Source: Camelus dromedarius
Taxonomy: Eukaryota
Length of the DNA stretch: 64,000 nt
Direction of reading: 5' to 3'
Assembly: GCF_036321535.1 (NCBI RefSeq)
Contig: NC_087437.1
Coordinates: 35,962,001 to 36,026,000 of the forward strand
Below the pieces are notes generated by a model. The model did not search any database. It had not been told where the DNA came from and saw only the letters and a program-made list of their open reading frames with translations. A program made the translations under genes and the position numbers. Shown here in pieces: positions 14,096-27,949 of this stretch. Positions within the stretch are counted from its first letter, which is position 1. Each line of letters begins with the position of its first letter.

Positions 14096-14250
14096 GGGGA
14101 GGGTATAGCTCAAGTCGTAGAGTGCATGCTTAGCATGCACGAGGCTCTGGGTTCAATCCCCAGTACCTCCTCTAAAACGTAAATAAGCAAACCGAATTAC
14201 CTCTATCCCCCCAAAATGTGTTTTTAATTTTTAAAAAAATTTAAAAAAAA
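14096..14250 (+). mobile_element. tRNA-Ala-derived camelid SINE (vic-1 type) with 18-bp target-site duplication
   Basis: Head ggggagggtatagctcaagtcgtagagtgcatgcttagcatgcacgaggctctgggttcaatccccagtacctcc carries Pol III A and B boxes, followed by an A-rich tail. TSD agaaattctggagaaaaa at 14076-14093 and 14251-14268. Confidence 0.92.
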
Positions 14251-16899
14251 AGAAATTCTGGAGAAAAAAGAATCATTAAAAGCTTGATCAGAAATTAGCC
14301 TAAGAAGCCACCTTTTTGCATAGGAATGCAGTTATATGGTAACTTCTGTTTAAGAAGCTAGTAAAGTTTCTGAAATTTGAGAGATTAAAATAGAAAAAAG
14401 AACCAAATTCTTATATAACAGTATAATTTCTTTGTCAAATAATCTCATAAAAAACTTGTCACAGGGAAGGAAAAAAGTCATAGCTTATTCCCTTGTTCCC
14501 CTGCTACACAGGACAAAATAGAAGTAGAAATGGTATCAGATTTTCAAGCTGTTTCAGTGTGACAGGAAAAAAAAATTGAGGGTTGCAGTTGGGAGTTAAA
14601 AGACAAATTCACCACTGCTGAAGCTTTGGCTCTAAGGAAAGTAACCTAATTTCCAGGTCAAGAAGTATGCATTTAATTATATTTTATATATTTGTTTATT
14701 CTGTGAATTTTCAAGGCACTAATAGAATTCCTGGTAATCTACTGAAAAATCTGGCATCTTTTCAAAGTTGTCCATTGAAACTCTCCTTTGAATAGTACTG
14801 TGTAACCATGACAAGATCGTGAATTGAGCCATAAATCTACAGCATGTTTAATTTAAAACAAAATTTGTACTTGGTAAAGAATACAAACCGCAACTTTTAT
14901 TTCTATATAGCGCTATGCATAGTTTATAATAACCTAAAGGCAGTCGCAACACCTGAAATTAAATAGGAAATAAAATTATTCCCTGAAGGCAGTGGAGGTT
15001 GATGCTCACAATGCATTTTAAAATGAGTATACAAATACTTTATACTACCATTGTGTATGTACACTGCTCAGCACCTGTGACCTCATTACAAATCCCACAC
15101 CATGTTTCTCAGAAGATTACTTTAACCTCTTTGAGCATGATGCCTCTAGTATACCTTTATGTTACTCTTAGAAAAATGTGTCTGATATGGTAAACGTGAT
15201 GAGTTGCTATTATAGCAGATGCACATCTTGGTTCTCTTTAATATGGCTGAAATAGTAGATCTGTGGGGAATGTAATGAAATATTATCACCCAAAAAATAT
15301 TATTAGTCAATGAAGAACACACGGTGAGGACATTGTTTTGTTTTAATTTATTTTCCCAGTAATGTTGGTAGGTGCCATCATTAATTTGACAAATATAAAA
15401 GTGTCTACTATATACCAGGTGCCCATCTAGATCCTGGGGATAGATATTAGTGAGTGAAACAAACATCCTCACCTTTATTGGAATTCTAAAAATAATACGT
15501 ATCCATTTAAGAAAAATGTTTGAATAAAAATAAAATCAAGAAGAAAATAGGTGGAATAAATCTTTCAGTGTCTGATTCATCTTTTTCTCCTGTCTTTGTA
15601 CACAGTCTCATGTAAACATCCCATAGACAAACACTATACACAGCATATTAGAATCCAGTTTCATTTAAGTCCAGACAAGAAAACAAATCTAGATCTTACA
15701 GTGTTTATAGTACAAGTTTACTATGTACCAAAATCTGTGCTCAAAGAAACAGTGACGAACACGACCACTCATACATATAGTTTACAGGCTAAAAGATAGG
15801 ACTGACATTCATTTCATGTACACATGTGCACTTTGTGGTTAGTTTTATGAAGGAAAGGTACATGATGCCTAAAAGATAAAAGGAGTTTGGGGACTAATAC
15901 CTTTTAAAAAGTCTTTTGAGTACAGTGCATTTCACTCTTCTACCCATCCCCAAGTTTACCTCTGTTGTGATTCAAATACAAGCTTCTCTGAACCCCTCCT
16001 CTCCACACACTGTATATTGCTTTGTGCATTAGTTTGTCTCATGCAAGCTTACATTGCTTTTATCGTTCCAAAAAATCGCTACTCATTCCTCTGGAACTGT
16101 GCTGAAAAACAAAACAAACAGCCACATCCTCAACCCCTTCAAAAAATGTTTCCTCCCATTCCTAGCATAAATATAGCCTTCTCAAAGAGGTGTTTCTTGT
16201 CCTAAATTCCACAAATGTCAGGCATGGTAGATGGGATCCCTAATCAGCTCTTAGATCATTCAGATTCTAAAATCTATTTATTTGGGATGCCTGTCTATAC
16301 CATCAGCTTCTCCATTCTTTCTCTAAATCACTGAAGACATGAGTTGTATTGCTCTGCAGGTTTTGAAGTTTCTGAGAAATGTCTATGACTCACTAAAAGC
16401 TTTAAGTTCTTAATTCTCTGACTTCACCTTCCATAACCTTCAGCCGTTTGTAATATGACAGAAACTGTGGTCCTCAGCCTGTAACCTAGGCTTGTGGCTC
16501 TTTGTGAGTTTGTTCCACTATCATTCTTCCTGCTGTCTAAGTGGATACCTAGTGTGTCCTCTTTACATTTCTCTTTCATCGTCTCATATTCGGTAATCCA
16601 GTTCCTGAATTTATTTTGAATCTAAACATTCATTTCCACTTACTCATTGCCACTGCCCTAAACCATGCCAAAATAATCACGAGCTTTGCTAAGGCTGCTA
16701 TTAAAAATACTAAAGAGAGGAAGTCAAGTCTTAGTAAGGTTAGTTCTCAGTTCTTCCACTGTACTGAAAAAAATCAACCTTGAGGGATATTCTCACTGTC
16801 ACTTGTTTTCCAGGGAAGTACCACATATAAATTGATAATGATTACTTTCACCTGCAGAGGTTACTATGTATTTTTAAATGTTTTTTTTTCCCCACATGA

Positions 16900-17750
16900 C
16901 TTAATCGTTGATCAGCATTTATGAAACAGAATTTGTGTTCTCCAACATAACTATCATTAGGATTGTTTTTTGCTTATGAAACATATCATTTGCTGTCTCT
17001 CACCAAGTTGTTCATATTTAGCTGAACAGTAACTTGAGGTATAGGCAACCCCAGCACTCAATTTTATGCCATCAGGAATGCAAAAATACTGGTATCTCCA
17101 TCAGATAATTGTAGATATTCAAAGTCAACCTAAAAATTTTGGACCAGAAATTACAAAGCCTTTTCCTAGACAAATCTGTGACTTTTTGACATTCAAACTT
17201 TTGTTTGTGTGGGTTACAACTGAGGAGATGGCCACTCACAAATTTTAAAATATCATGGAGGTTTGGCCTTAATTACTCCACATGTGGCTGTTTCTCTGTA
17301 GGCACCGAGTGCAATGAACCCTTTTTCAGGCTGTATTACTGCTCCAAGAGGAGTGATAGCAATTGTTTTTCTATCTCCGTGATATTGCAAAGCACCAAAA
17401 ATGTCATCGTGTATAGATATTTTGCCAATAACTCATTCTTCTCTCCAAGCACAAAATTTATTAAATTTGAAATCGGTTTTGTGAACTTCTTGGCATAGTA
17501 AGACTTGCTTTTCTTTTTTTCTAAAAGGAGTGATTTTTCTGTGGTCTTTGAGATTTTCTCTTTAATAAACAAAATCCATCAATTTGTGCTGAAAAGCATC
17601 ACTTTATCCTTGTGCTTCTGGGGGAAAAAGCTCACTTGATGTATCAGATTACTCTGGTTAAAAATGATGCAAAACCTTTGTTGGCTTAACATTACAGTTT
17701 GACAAAGTTTCATAACAAAATTCACTATGTCCTGGAGCCAAGTGGATATT
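16900..17750 (-). mobile_element. Degenerate hAT (Charlie/Buster-type) transposase coding remnant
   Basis: Minus-strand translations give, in order: EFCYETLSNCNVKPTKVLHHF (BED-finger-like), KPISNLINFVLGEK, EIEKQLLSLL, HLLSCNP, KIFRL and HKFCFIN. This is collinear with my recollection of Charlie/ZBED5-type transposases. Multiple stops and frameshifts. Confidence 0.5.
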
Positions 17751-17859
17751 CCTAATTAAAAAAAAAAGCCAACTTAACAGGTATTTGTCATCATACCTAC
17801 TCACAATTTTCTTTTTTGCTGTCTGTGCAAAACCATTGACTTGCCCTAGAATATTGTAT

Positions 17860-17990
17860 TTTAGTATTAACTCCAAAATAAGTCTCAGGGAAGTTAAAAT
17901 TATTGCCCAAGGTCACAGAGGCAGCATGTGAGAGAATGAAACCCAGGTTCCCAGACATCATATCGTTTGTTATCAGTTCTGCTGTCCAGC
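17860..17990 (+). mobile_element. MIR fragment
   Basis: 'gtctcagggaagttaaaattattgcccaaggtcacagaggcagc...gaaacccagg' is the MIR core. Confidence 0.65.
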
Positions 17991-19904
17991 ATCCTAATGG
18001 ATTAAGAGTTTTCTTAAATCTCATCATAAACATTGGATAAATAATAAATTAAAAACCTTAGCACAGCAGATTTTAGATATGATTATATTTAGAGTGTGGA
18101 TACTATAGATTATAGCTATTGAAATTTTAATTTGTTTGCAGTGGTAGATATATTACAGTATCTTTTTAGCTATAAGAAATTTAAAGGTGATAAATACAAA
18201 CTGCAATTTTAGATTTTCCATTTTCACTCAGGATATAATCTTGAGTCTCAGCTGTTGTGTAGCAGCCTCTACATCAGTCTTTTAAAATTTAAGACAGTAT
18301 GCCTTATTCCAGGCAATATTATTAAATTATTTTTAACATGGATCATTTTATTTTTTTTCTCCACGTAAATAGACGTTGTAAAACCTCCAGTAGGAAAACT
18401 AAATTATGTAATCGCACGGTCATGTTATTGCACTCTTGAATGAGAGCTTTATTGCAGATACTGCAATTCCCTTTCCAGCCCTTTAGAAAGTAGATAATCT
18501 ATTGAAAAAAACAAACAAACAAAAGTTTCTTTAGAACAAACAAGTCAGTGTTACTTTCCTGTTTTATGGTTTGTGTTACACTTTGTATCACTTCTACTCT
18601 GATTATTCAATGATCTTTTCAAGAAAATGAAGACTATACACATCTGTTTATATAAGGCATAATTTAGAGAAATTACCTTTCTGAAATATATTTAAATGTG
18701 GTAAAATATTTGAAGGTTTATTTGAATATTCTGTTCTTAAGTATTTTCTCCATAAAATTCTGTTGTATTTAAAGTGCATAGAATTTGAGTATATTTTCAT
18801 CAAAAACGTAAAGTAAATGTAAAAGGAAAATTTATATTTTCAAAAATTGATTTTATTTCTTGGAATTATCTAGAAAAATAAAACTATACACATCATAATT
18901 AACAAATACCTGATTTTAAAATAAAATTATTTAAATAGAAAAAGTGAAGATGATATAAATGCTCATATTGCTCTCTGAAACTTTAAAAATTTTCAATAAA
19001 TGCTCTCTATAAAAAAAATACACTACATCATACATGTTAATGTGTATCTCTCTTTTACCTGGCTGCTTAATGAAATCCTTTATTTTTCTCTGGCACCCAA
19101 ATGACCGTACAGTTCTTCACACATATTAGGCATTTAGATACTTAGTAATGACTATATGTGAATAGAAATGTTGTAAAATATAACATATTCTCATTACTCG
19201 TAACTTCCAGTACATATTTTAATATTTAATAGCTAATTTGATGTTCAAAGAGATTGAAGATATATCTCATACTAGACATGTATAAATTAGATTACAATTT
19301 AGACAATTTAAACACTTTACAGGAAAAAAGATACATATGCAGTCATATTAGTGGGAGGAAAAGCCATTTATTACGAGATGAATACGATTTTCTTCTTTCT
19401 TCCCTTGCTTTTTTTCTTTATATGTAGTAGTTTGTCACTGTTTCTGAAGGTGATACTGAATTAGCTGTAGGAATGAGGATAATAAGAGTTGCTAATGAAA
19501 AATATTCTCTAGCCGACCCATAAAGTTTAAAAGAGAAAACTGGCCCAGTTTATGAATGTAACACAATAGTAGTGGCACCAACTGCCTGATTCCACATTTT
19601 CTGAGATACTGTTCTAGTGTAGTATTAGCCTGACAAGTTCATAACACTGTATTTTACCTATTGATTACAGTTTTTTTTTAATGTAAAATTACATTTGGAG
19701 ATTACTTTTATTCATTTCCACTAAAGTTCTACTTTTTTGATTGCTTCTTTAGCTTTTCTTTCACTAATATGTAGCTTTAACTCCTATATAAACTTTTAAT
19801 TTTCTCTAGTAGTAGATGCTATGCTTGTTTATAATTATAGAACTTTATATGATGCTTTCATATTAATAAAGACTTAATGGGAAAATGTACTTGAAATTTC
19901 CAGA

Positions 19905-20135
19905 TTAAATAACCTTTTTAACAACTTTACAGAGCTCTCTGACATATAAAATAGTACTGATTTAAGATCTACAACCTGATTTTTTGATCTATGCATATGC
20001 TGAAAAGATCACTGCAATCAAGCTAAATAACTCATCTGTCACCTCTTCATAGTTACTACAGTGTATGTGTTGAAGATTTAAGTTAAGATCTATTCTTTTA
20101 GCAAATTCCAAGCATACAATACAGATTAAATAACA
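19905..20135 (-). mobile_element. L1MA-type 3' end
   Basis: 'caatcaagctaaataactcatctgtcacctcttcatagttac...aagatctattcttttagcaaattccaagcatacaataca'. Confidence 0.7.
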
Positions 20136-21620
20136 CTTATACAAAATACACAATTTTTTATACTTAGCATTATGTCTTGCTTGCTTTGTCTAAATTTCTT
20201 TTTTTTTTTTTTTTTTTTTTTTTGCTTTCTGTGCATGGCTTTCTGGAGTTTTAATTTAGGTTTTTGCTGTATAAATTATGCTTTGTGTAATTTAGTCCTA
20301 AGTGTTTTGATCGTTAGGTAAATTGTTTCTAATTTGAATAGTTTTACTAAAGGCTTACAAGATCCCTACAGCTATTGCTGTGAAATGACCTACATTAGTT
20401 CGATCATGCACAACTCTTAGGTTCTTTTCAGGAGATAAAATCAGCCACCAAAAAGTTTGGGCATGGGTAATCTCACAAGGAGAAGTTTTTCCTCACATAT
20501 AGGCGTTTTTTTGGAAAGGATGTGTAGGCCAGTAGTGGGCAAGGACGCAACTTGGAAAACCTGTTGCGTAGGCTTGATTTGAGTCCGTGCTCCCTGTCAC
20601 TTAGGCTTTGCAGCTCACTTGGGGAAGACAAGACAATATTCCAGTGATAGGACTTGGTTAGTCTTGCAGTTGACATCATGCAACCAGAGACCTGTACAAG
20701 AAGTTGGACAATTCCTAAAGTAGAGGTTACAGAGCTTGCTGGGTTCTCATATCCCATTAGTGCAGGTGTGGAGGATTTTTCTACAATACTTTGTCCAATT
20801 AACAAATCTTGAATGCCTCGAATTTCAACAATGAATGTATAATTCTGACTTTGATTACTAATTTACTAATGAAAACTCGTTTCTGATATTCTTCATTCTG
20901 TTTAGCAAAGCCTCTGGCTGATAGCTCAGACCCTTGTGGTACGCTAGATGTTTGACTGTAACATCATACTATCTATGCTGAAATATTTCAAATCAAGTGA
21001 CTATAGCATAATAGTCACTTAATATAATAATAATTTTAAAAATTGAAAGTAAATTTGTAGAGTAAATAATGAGAAAAGTAGGTCTTCTGAGTCATCTTCT
21101 TTTTGTACATAACCCTTATTATGTTCATTTGTCTCCCTGACTTTCGATGAGAAGAAGTATATCCAGCCTCTGCATTTGGCTTGTTGAGCTCATTGTCCAC
21201 TCCTGTGTTACTATCTTCCCACCTTCAAGTCACAGCTAAGATTTAGTTTGTGCAGAGTCCCTAGTTTAATTTATAGTGCCAAGAAAATATTTACCTAGTG
21301 AAATGGACAGAACTGAGATTTTTTTTGTTATTTTTTTATGCATTATTACTTTTCCTGCTCCCAGTTCCTATCATGTTTGTTTTCCACATTCATAAAGTAA
21401 CTGGAATATGGATAAAGTTTGCCTCTTATATGTGATATTTAATAACAATGGAAATAAATTTCTAGTAATAGGGAAATGGTTAAATAATCCCTCTATAGAG
21501 TTGTATATGTCCAGAATATATCATATTATATAACCTATAACCCTATTAAAAGGGATTACCTAAAAATAAACTTTATGATTTAATATTTAGCAAATAAAGC
21601 ATTCTTTCATACCATATATA

Positions 21621-21820
21621 CAATTGACTCTTGAACAACATGGCTTTGAACTCTGCAGACTTTTTTCACTGAATATGTACTATAGTACTACAGATTTGTG
21701 ATTGGCTGAATCTGTGAATGTAGAACCGAGGACACTGAGGGCCAACTGTAAAGTTACATGAAGATATTGAACTGAGTAAGGAGGGTGCCCCTAAGCCTCA
21801 TGTTATTCAAGGGTGAACTG
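21621..21820. mobile_element. TcMar-Tigger MITE (MER8-like)
   Basis: TIRs caattgactcttgaacaaca and tgttattcaagggtgaactg, flanked by TA on both sides. Confidence 0.8.
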
Positions 21821-21884
21821 TACATAGTTTTTGCTATCCCACTTTAAATAGGGAGAGAGAGCCTCTCCCAGGCATAAGTTAGGG

Positions 21885-22250
21885 CAGTGGTTTCAAAGTT
21901 AGTTCCAGGGACCATTGAAAGTTCATTAGGATTCACTGCAAGTTTAGAATCACTTATTGGTAGAAGTCCATCCAAAGTGCAAGACAGACCTATGAATTTT
22001 AATAGGACAATATTCAAAAAGTCTACTGACATGATTTTGTATTCCACATTAAAACTAATTTTGAAAGAAATACCACTTTTTAGTTTGATGTAGCCAAAGA
22101 ATATCCTCAATTCACTGAAAAGCCCCTAAATTATCTTTTGTTCTTCCAACTAGATATCCATGTAAGACGGGCTTTTCTTTACATATTTCAATGAAAAATG
22201 TTGCAACAGTTTGCATACATAAACAGATACAAAAATTAAACATCTTTATT
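21885..22250 (+). mobile_element. hAT-Charlie fragment with C-terminal dimerisation-domain remnant
   Basis: cagtggtttcaaagt terminus. 'aaagaatatcctcaattcactgaaaagccc...ttccaactagatatccatgtaagacgggcttttct' resembles KEYPQLSEKA...FPTTYLCEAGFS. Confidence 0.65.
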
Positions 22251-22472
22251 TCTGAGGTACAACATAATTTTGTAAATTCTCATTACAGGAAATAATGCAT
22301 GTAAAAAAGTTAAATGCAAACATAATGACCATCTCAAATTGCATAATTTACCCCATTTAGAATACTAATTTAAATTTTAGAGTAGTATATGCACATTGAA
22401 AAGCTCAGAAATAAGAATGTACTAGCAAATTAGTATCAGTTTAATGCATAATAAACTGGTTTAAAAACATAT

Positions 22473-22940
22473 AGTGATGTCAGCAAAATGTTAGAATAGG
22501 AAGCCCGAAACCTTTCCTCCACAGATGCACAAATTAACAAAGATACATGGACCAATTGCCTTTGTAAGAAATCCAGAAACTAGGTGAGAGGTTTCTGCAC
22601 CCTAGGAAAGTGCAAAGCCAGCTGCCTGGGAGCCCAGTAGGAAAATTTGTGGTACTTATTCACCAGAGCCCTTCTCCCCAGCATAGTGTGGCATGATAGG
22701 AAGCTCCCAGTTTCTCGCTGAGGAGTGAAAGGGAAGATTGGAATATAAGTCCAACATTCTGACTTTTGGCCAAGGACTTTCCCAAGGACTAGTGTCTGAC
22801 TACTCTGAATCTAAGCACAGACACTGATGGGGCGCCGGTTTGGGGCTCGCTGAAAACACAGGCAGACGATGTGGTTTGGTCCAGTACCTTTATAACCACA
22901 GATAGATAGTTGGTGAAGCTCCTGAGCAGAATACCGGTCC
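22473..22940 (+). mobile_element. Isolated 5' end of an old L1M
   Basis: 'gatgtcagcaaaatgttagaataggaagccc...ctgcaccctagg' is homologous to the reverse complement of 39832-40025. Confidence 0.65.
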
Positions 22941-22944
22941 TGTA

Positions 22945-25900
22945 ATGCCTTCGGTATTGGTATTAGGGTAATGCCTGCCTCCTTAAGTAAGTTAGGAAAT
23001 TTCCTCTGCTTCTATCTTCTGAAAGAGATTGTAAAAGTTAATATGATTTCCTCTTTAAATGTTTGATAGAATTCACCTGTGAACCTGTCTGGGCCTAAGT
23101 TTTCTGTTTTGGAAGGTTATTCAATTTCTTTCATGTATATGTATATACGTTCGTAATATTACCTTTTTAATTACCCTTTTAATGTCCATGAAATCTGTAG
23201 TAATGCCCTCTTTTTCATTTCTGCTATAGTAATTTATGTCTTTTTTATTTTCTTACTTAGCCTGCCAGAGGCTTATCAATTTTATTGATAAAAGAACCAA
23301 CTTTTGTTTTAGTTGGCTTTCTCTATTGATTGCCTGGCTTCAATTTTACTTATTTATGCTCTGATTTTTGTTTCTTCTGCTTACTTTGAACTTAAGTTAC
23401 TCTTTCTAGTTTTATAAGGTTAAAGCTTAGGTCATTGATTTTACATCTTTCTTCTAATAATACGCATTCAATGCTGTAAATTTCCCCCTAAGCACTATTT
23501 TTCACTGTATTCCACAAAGTTTGGCAAGTTGTTTTCATTTTCATTTAGTTGAATTTTTTTTTATTTTTAGTTTCTCCAATTTCTTTTTTGACCATTTCTT
23601 ATTTAGAAGTGTGTTGTTTAATCTCTGTATATTTTGGAATTTTCTAAGCTACCTTTTATTGACTTCTAGTTTAATTCCATGTGGCCTAAGAACACACATT
23701 GGTATCTATTTTTTCAAATTTGTTAAGGTGTGTTTTACATCCCAGTTGTGTTCTGTCTTGGGTACTATTCCATGTGAGCTTAAAAATAATACGTATTTTG
23801 CTGTTATGGAAGAAGTAGTCCATAGAGGCCAATTAGATCTAGTTGATTGACAGTGGTATTCAGTTCAACTGTGTCCTTACTGATTTTTCTACCTCTGGGT
23901 CTATTTCTAGTAGAGGGGTTTTGAAATCTCTAACTATTAGAGTGGATTCATCTTCTTGCATTTACATCAGTTTCTGCCTCACACAATCTGATGCTCTGTT
24001 ATTGGGTACATACTCTTTAAGGATTGTTATGTCTTTTTGAATAATTGACCCCTTTATCATTATGTAATGACTTTCATTATCCCTGATAACTCTCCTTGCT
24101 CTGAAGTCTGCTCTGTCTGAAATTAATATAGAAACACATGCTTTCTTTTATTAGTGCTAGAATAGTTCTTCTCCATTCATTTGATCTGTGTTGTTATATT
24201 TAAAGTGAGTTTCTTGTAGACAGCATATACATGGGTCTTGTTCTTAATCCATTCTGACAATCCCTGTGTTTTAATTACTGCATTTAGAACACTGTTCAAA
24301 GTGGTTATAGCTGGATCAACATTTACCATATTTGTTACTATTTTCTACTGGGTGCCCTTATTCTTTGTTCCTATTTTTGTTTTTCACTCTTTTCCTACTT
24401 TTGTGGTTTTAATAAAATATTTTATACAATTTTATTTTCCCTCCTTTCTTAGCACATCAGGTATACTTTTTTTTAAACTTTTTTTTGATGGTTGCCCTAG
24501 AGTTTGCAGTATACATTCACAGCTAATCCACTTTCTAAGAGCACTATACCATTGCATGGGTAGTTAGAGTTTCTGCAAATTACAAAGTAATCCAAATTCC
24601 TCCCTTTCATACCTTGTGTCGTTTTGTTATTGATTGCACTTACACATAAGCATACATAGCACTTTTATATACATAAACATATATAATTAAATATATTGTT
24701 GCCTTTATTATTTTGAACAAACTGTTATCTGTTAAAACAATTAAGACTAAGTATGGATCTTATGGACTTAAGTTTTTATTCTGTATTCATTCATTGTCCA
24801 GTGTTCTTCATTTCTTTACATAAATTAATGTAATCTTTTGTAATTTTCTTCTCTCAAAAGAACTCATATCTTGAGAGACAGGTTTACCATCAACCAATTC
24901 CTTCAATTTTTGTTTGTATGAGAACATCTTTATTTCTCCTTCACTTTTGTAGAATAAATTCTCAGAATACAGTATTCTAGATTGGTGGGGTTTTTTTCTC
25001 TCAACACTAAATATTTTACTCCACTTTTGCCATGCTTGCATGGTTTCTGAGAAATTCAATGTAATTTTTATCTTTGCTCTTTTATAGGTAAGATTTTTTT
25101 TTCTCTTTGACTTATTTCAGGATTATTTCTTTCTCTTTGATCTTCCATAGTTAGAAAATTTTATGACTAGGTGTAGTTTTGTTTACTTTTGTTGTTGTGT
25201 TGTTGGGGTTTTTTGTTTGGCATTTATCCTGCTTATTTGTTCTGAGTTTCCTGGATGGTGTCTGACTGAATTTGGGGAAGTTCTTAGTCATTATTTTTCA
25301 AATATTTCTTCTGTTTTTTTCTCTTTGCTCTCTTTCTGGTGTTCACATTTTGTTTATGTTATGGCTTTGTAGTTGCCCCACTCTTCTTGATTTTTCTGTT
25401 CTGTTTCTCTGAGTCATTTTTTTCTCTTTGCTTCTTGGTTTTAGAAGTTCCTATTGAGATATTCTCAAGCTCAGAGATTCTTTCCTCAGCCATGTCCAGT
25501 GTGCCAATAAGCCCACCAAAGGCATTCTCCATTTCTTGTATAACGTTTTCTTATCTCTAGCATTTCTTTTTGGTTCTTTCTTAGAATGTTCATCTCTCTG
25601 CTTTATTGCCCATCTGTTCTTGCATGCTCTGTACTTTATCCATCGGAGCCCTTAATATACTACTCATTATTGTTTTAAATTCTCAATCTGATCATTCCAA
25701 CATCCCAGCTGTATCTGGGTCTGGTTCTGATGCTTGCTTTGTTTCTTTACAACTGTGTGTTTTGCCTGTTATTATGCCTTGTATTTTTTTTTTCTTTAGT
25801 TTATTTTTTATGTTACTAAATGATCCTGACAAAAAGCGTAGTTATATATCCATCATCACAAATAGTTACAATTTATTTTTCTTGTTAGGAGAACTTTTAA

Positions 25901-26850
25901 GTTCTATTCTCTTAGGATCTTTGAGATATAACTATAGACACCATGCTGTACATTACATTCCCATGACTTATTCATCTTCTACCTGGAAGTTTGTACCACC
26001 TTCACCCATCTCACCCACCTATGTAATTTTCCTAGATAGTTGAATATGCTGTATTGGATAAAACGATCCACTGTAAATATGTCTTTAACAATGGAACGGT
26101 AAGTTGTGGCAGGAGGAGCTGTTGATAGTCCTATGATTAGAAGTCTTTCAGTGAGCCTGTGCTTCTAGACTGTGAATTCACAAGAGCTACTTAGGTTTTT
26201 TTAATCCCCTCAACTAAGGTGAGATAAGATGGCTGGAGGAGACTAGAATTCTCCCATATGGAAGGCTAACGGGAGCCAAATTGGGTATTTTCCTCCTGCT
26301 AGATCAGCTAGACTCTGATAAAATCCTAGTGAGTTAGACTTTGGTTAAGTAGTTTCCCCTGAGGGCAGGCCTTTTTAAGAACAGAATTCTCTGATCTGTT
26401 TCAAAATGGTTTCTTGTCTGCTCCCCTGGCCTGAAGCATGAGGGGATTTTTCTTGAATATTCCTTATCAGGACCAGGTAGAACTCAAGGAGATAGAACTC
26501 ATAAAAGTGTGGGCTCCCCGATGATTGACTCCCCTTGGAGTTGTTAACTATCAGACCTATGCCCACACTGAGCCTCCAGCAATTCATCAATTACAGTTTA
26601 GGTTTTCCTACACCGGCAAGGCTTTCTACAGAGGTTTCTACTCATGGGTTTCGAATCCAGCAAATTGTGATGCTCTATATGCACCTCTGTGACTCACCAG
26701 TTTTGGGGTACAGCACTTCTCCCTGTGAACTCACTTATTTTACAGTTCTCAGAAGAACTGTTGATTTTTTCAGTTTTTTCAGCATTTTACTTTTTGTCAG
26801 GATGGAGTGAAGACTTCCAAACTCCTTAAATGCCAGGCCAGAAACCAGAA
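22945..26850 (-). mobile_element. Old L1 (L1MC-like): 5'UTR, ORF1 and ORF2 N-terminal half; 3' part missing
   Basis: ORF1-like peptide 24808-25059 (ETMQAWQKWSKIF...RILYSENLFYKSEGEIKMFSYKQKLKE), antisense ORF2 endonuclease region, and L1 5' terminus near 26850. Confidence 0.85.
25786..26020 (-). mobile_element. Short L1 3' end nested in the older L1
   Basis: T-tract, then 'ccatcatcacaaatagttacaa...ccatgctgtacattacattcccatgacttattcatctt...ggaagtttgtacc'. Confidence 0.7.
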
Positions 26851-27949
26851 ATACAAAATTTTTTTGTAAGTTCTGTTTAAATGTTAAAATATCCATTTTT
26901 TGGCAAGAGACTTATATTTGGTCTTGTGCCTGCTTATATAAAATTTGTGAGAAAAGACATATGAAGGAAAGATGAAACATAACCCTGTAGGTCATCTATT
27001 CTGTGCAGTATTTTCTGGAAAAAAGTTTATAAAGTAAATAAAGTTTTTAAAGTAAAATAAATAAGAGTTAGAATGCAAATTCATATTTACATGAGACTCT
27101 CAGAACAAACCACCATAATCCTGAAGAAAAGTCCATAAATATTCCTACTAATTTGTAACAACTGGTTAAAATGTGTAAAGAATCCATCTTTTAATGCATT
27201 AATACTGGTTTTTTTTTTTTTTTTACCAGAAATTGTGTAAATGCCATTGAATAGTGAGCACATGGAATTGAGACTACTGCCATGTTTTCTTACTCTTTTT
27301 TGGAAAAAATTGTCTAAAATATTCTTACATTTTAATAGTAAAATTGTAAGGAAACAAGGTCTTTTGGCATCCCCCAACTGCTAATAGGCAGCAATATCAG
27401 GTGAGGTAAAATTCCTATATTCTGGGAAATCTAAGAAAAAATATATAATAAAATATATTAATACATAAAATTAGAAGCCAGTATAGAAAGATAATAATAC
27501 TAACAACAGAATTTAAAAATCTAACCCTACTTAACTTTTTTTTTTACTAATATTTTCATAATCAACAGGTGAATGTTGTTTTCTTAACATCTTGACAACC
27601 TGGCAAGTCTTCGTTATGATTATATCATTACTTGTCACTTGAATTATCTGTGGTAAAGTGGAGTTAGTCCTTGAGATATACATGTCAGCTTGTATTGGCA
27701 ATATTCAGAAATACTTCTTATGTTTTTACCTCTCCTCTCCCACCACTATCTGCCAAGAGGTGATCGGTTTCCTGAGCGTGATATGAATTTTTTATATAGT
27801 CATTCTTGTAATAAATATATACATGGATATTTGTGCTTACATATGCACAGGAAACTTCTGGAGATGTGTATGTGAACACAGCTGCCTCCAAAGGGAGGAG
27901 AGGAGGGGTGCTACGGGACTAGTATGAAAGGCCTATATATATATAAATT

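Noticed and set aside
14096..14170. tRNA-Ala-like gene
   Set aside because: It has a SINE body, A-tail and TSD, so it is a retroposed SINE.
20473..20805. 110-aa ORF in non-repeat sequence
   Set aside because: Non-ATG start, no recognisable homology and no convincing splice sites.
20995..21020. 10-bp stem hairpin aagtgactat-N6-atagtcactt
   Set aside because: A single short stem is plausible by chance in 64 kb of AT-rich DNA.
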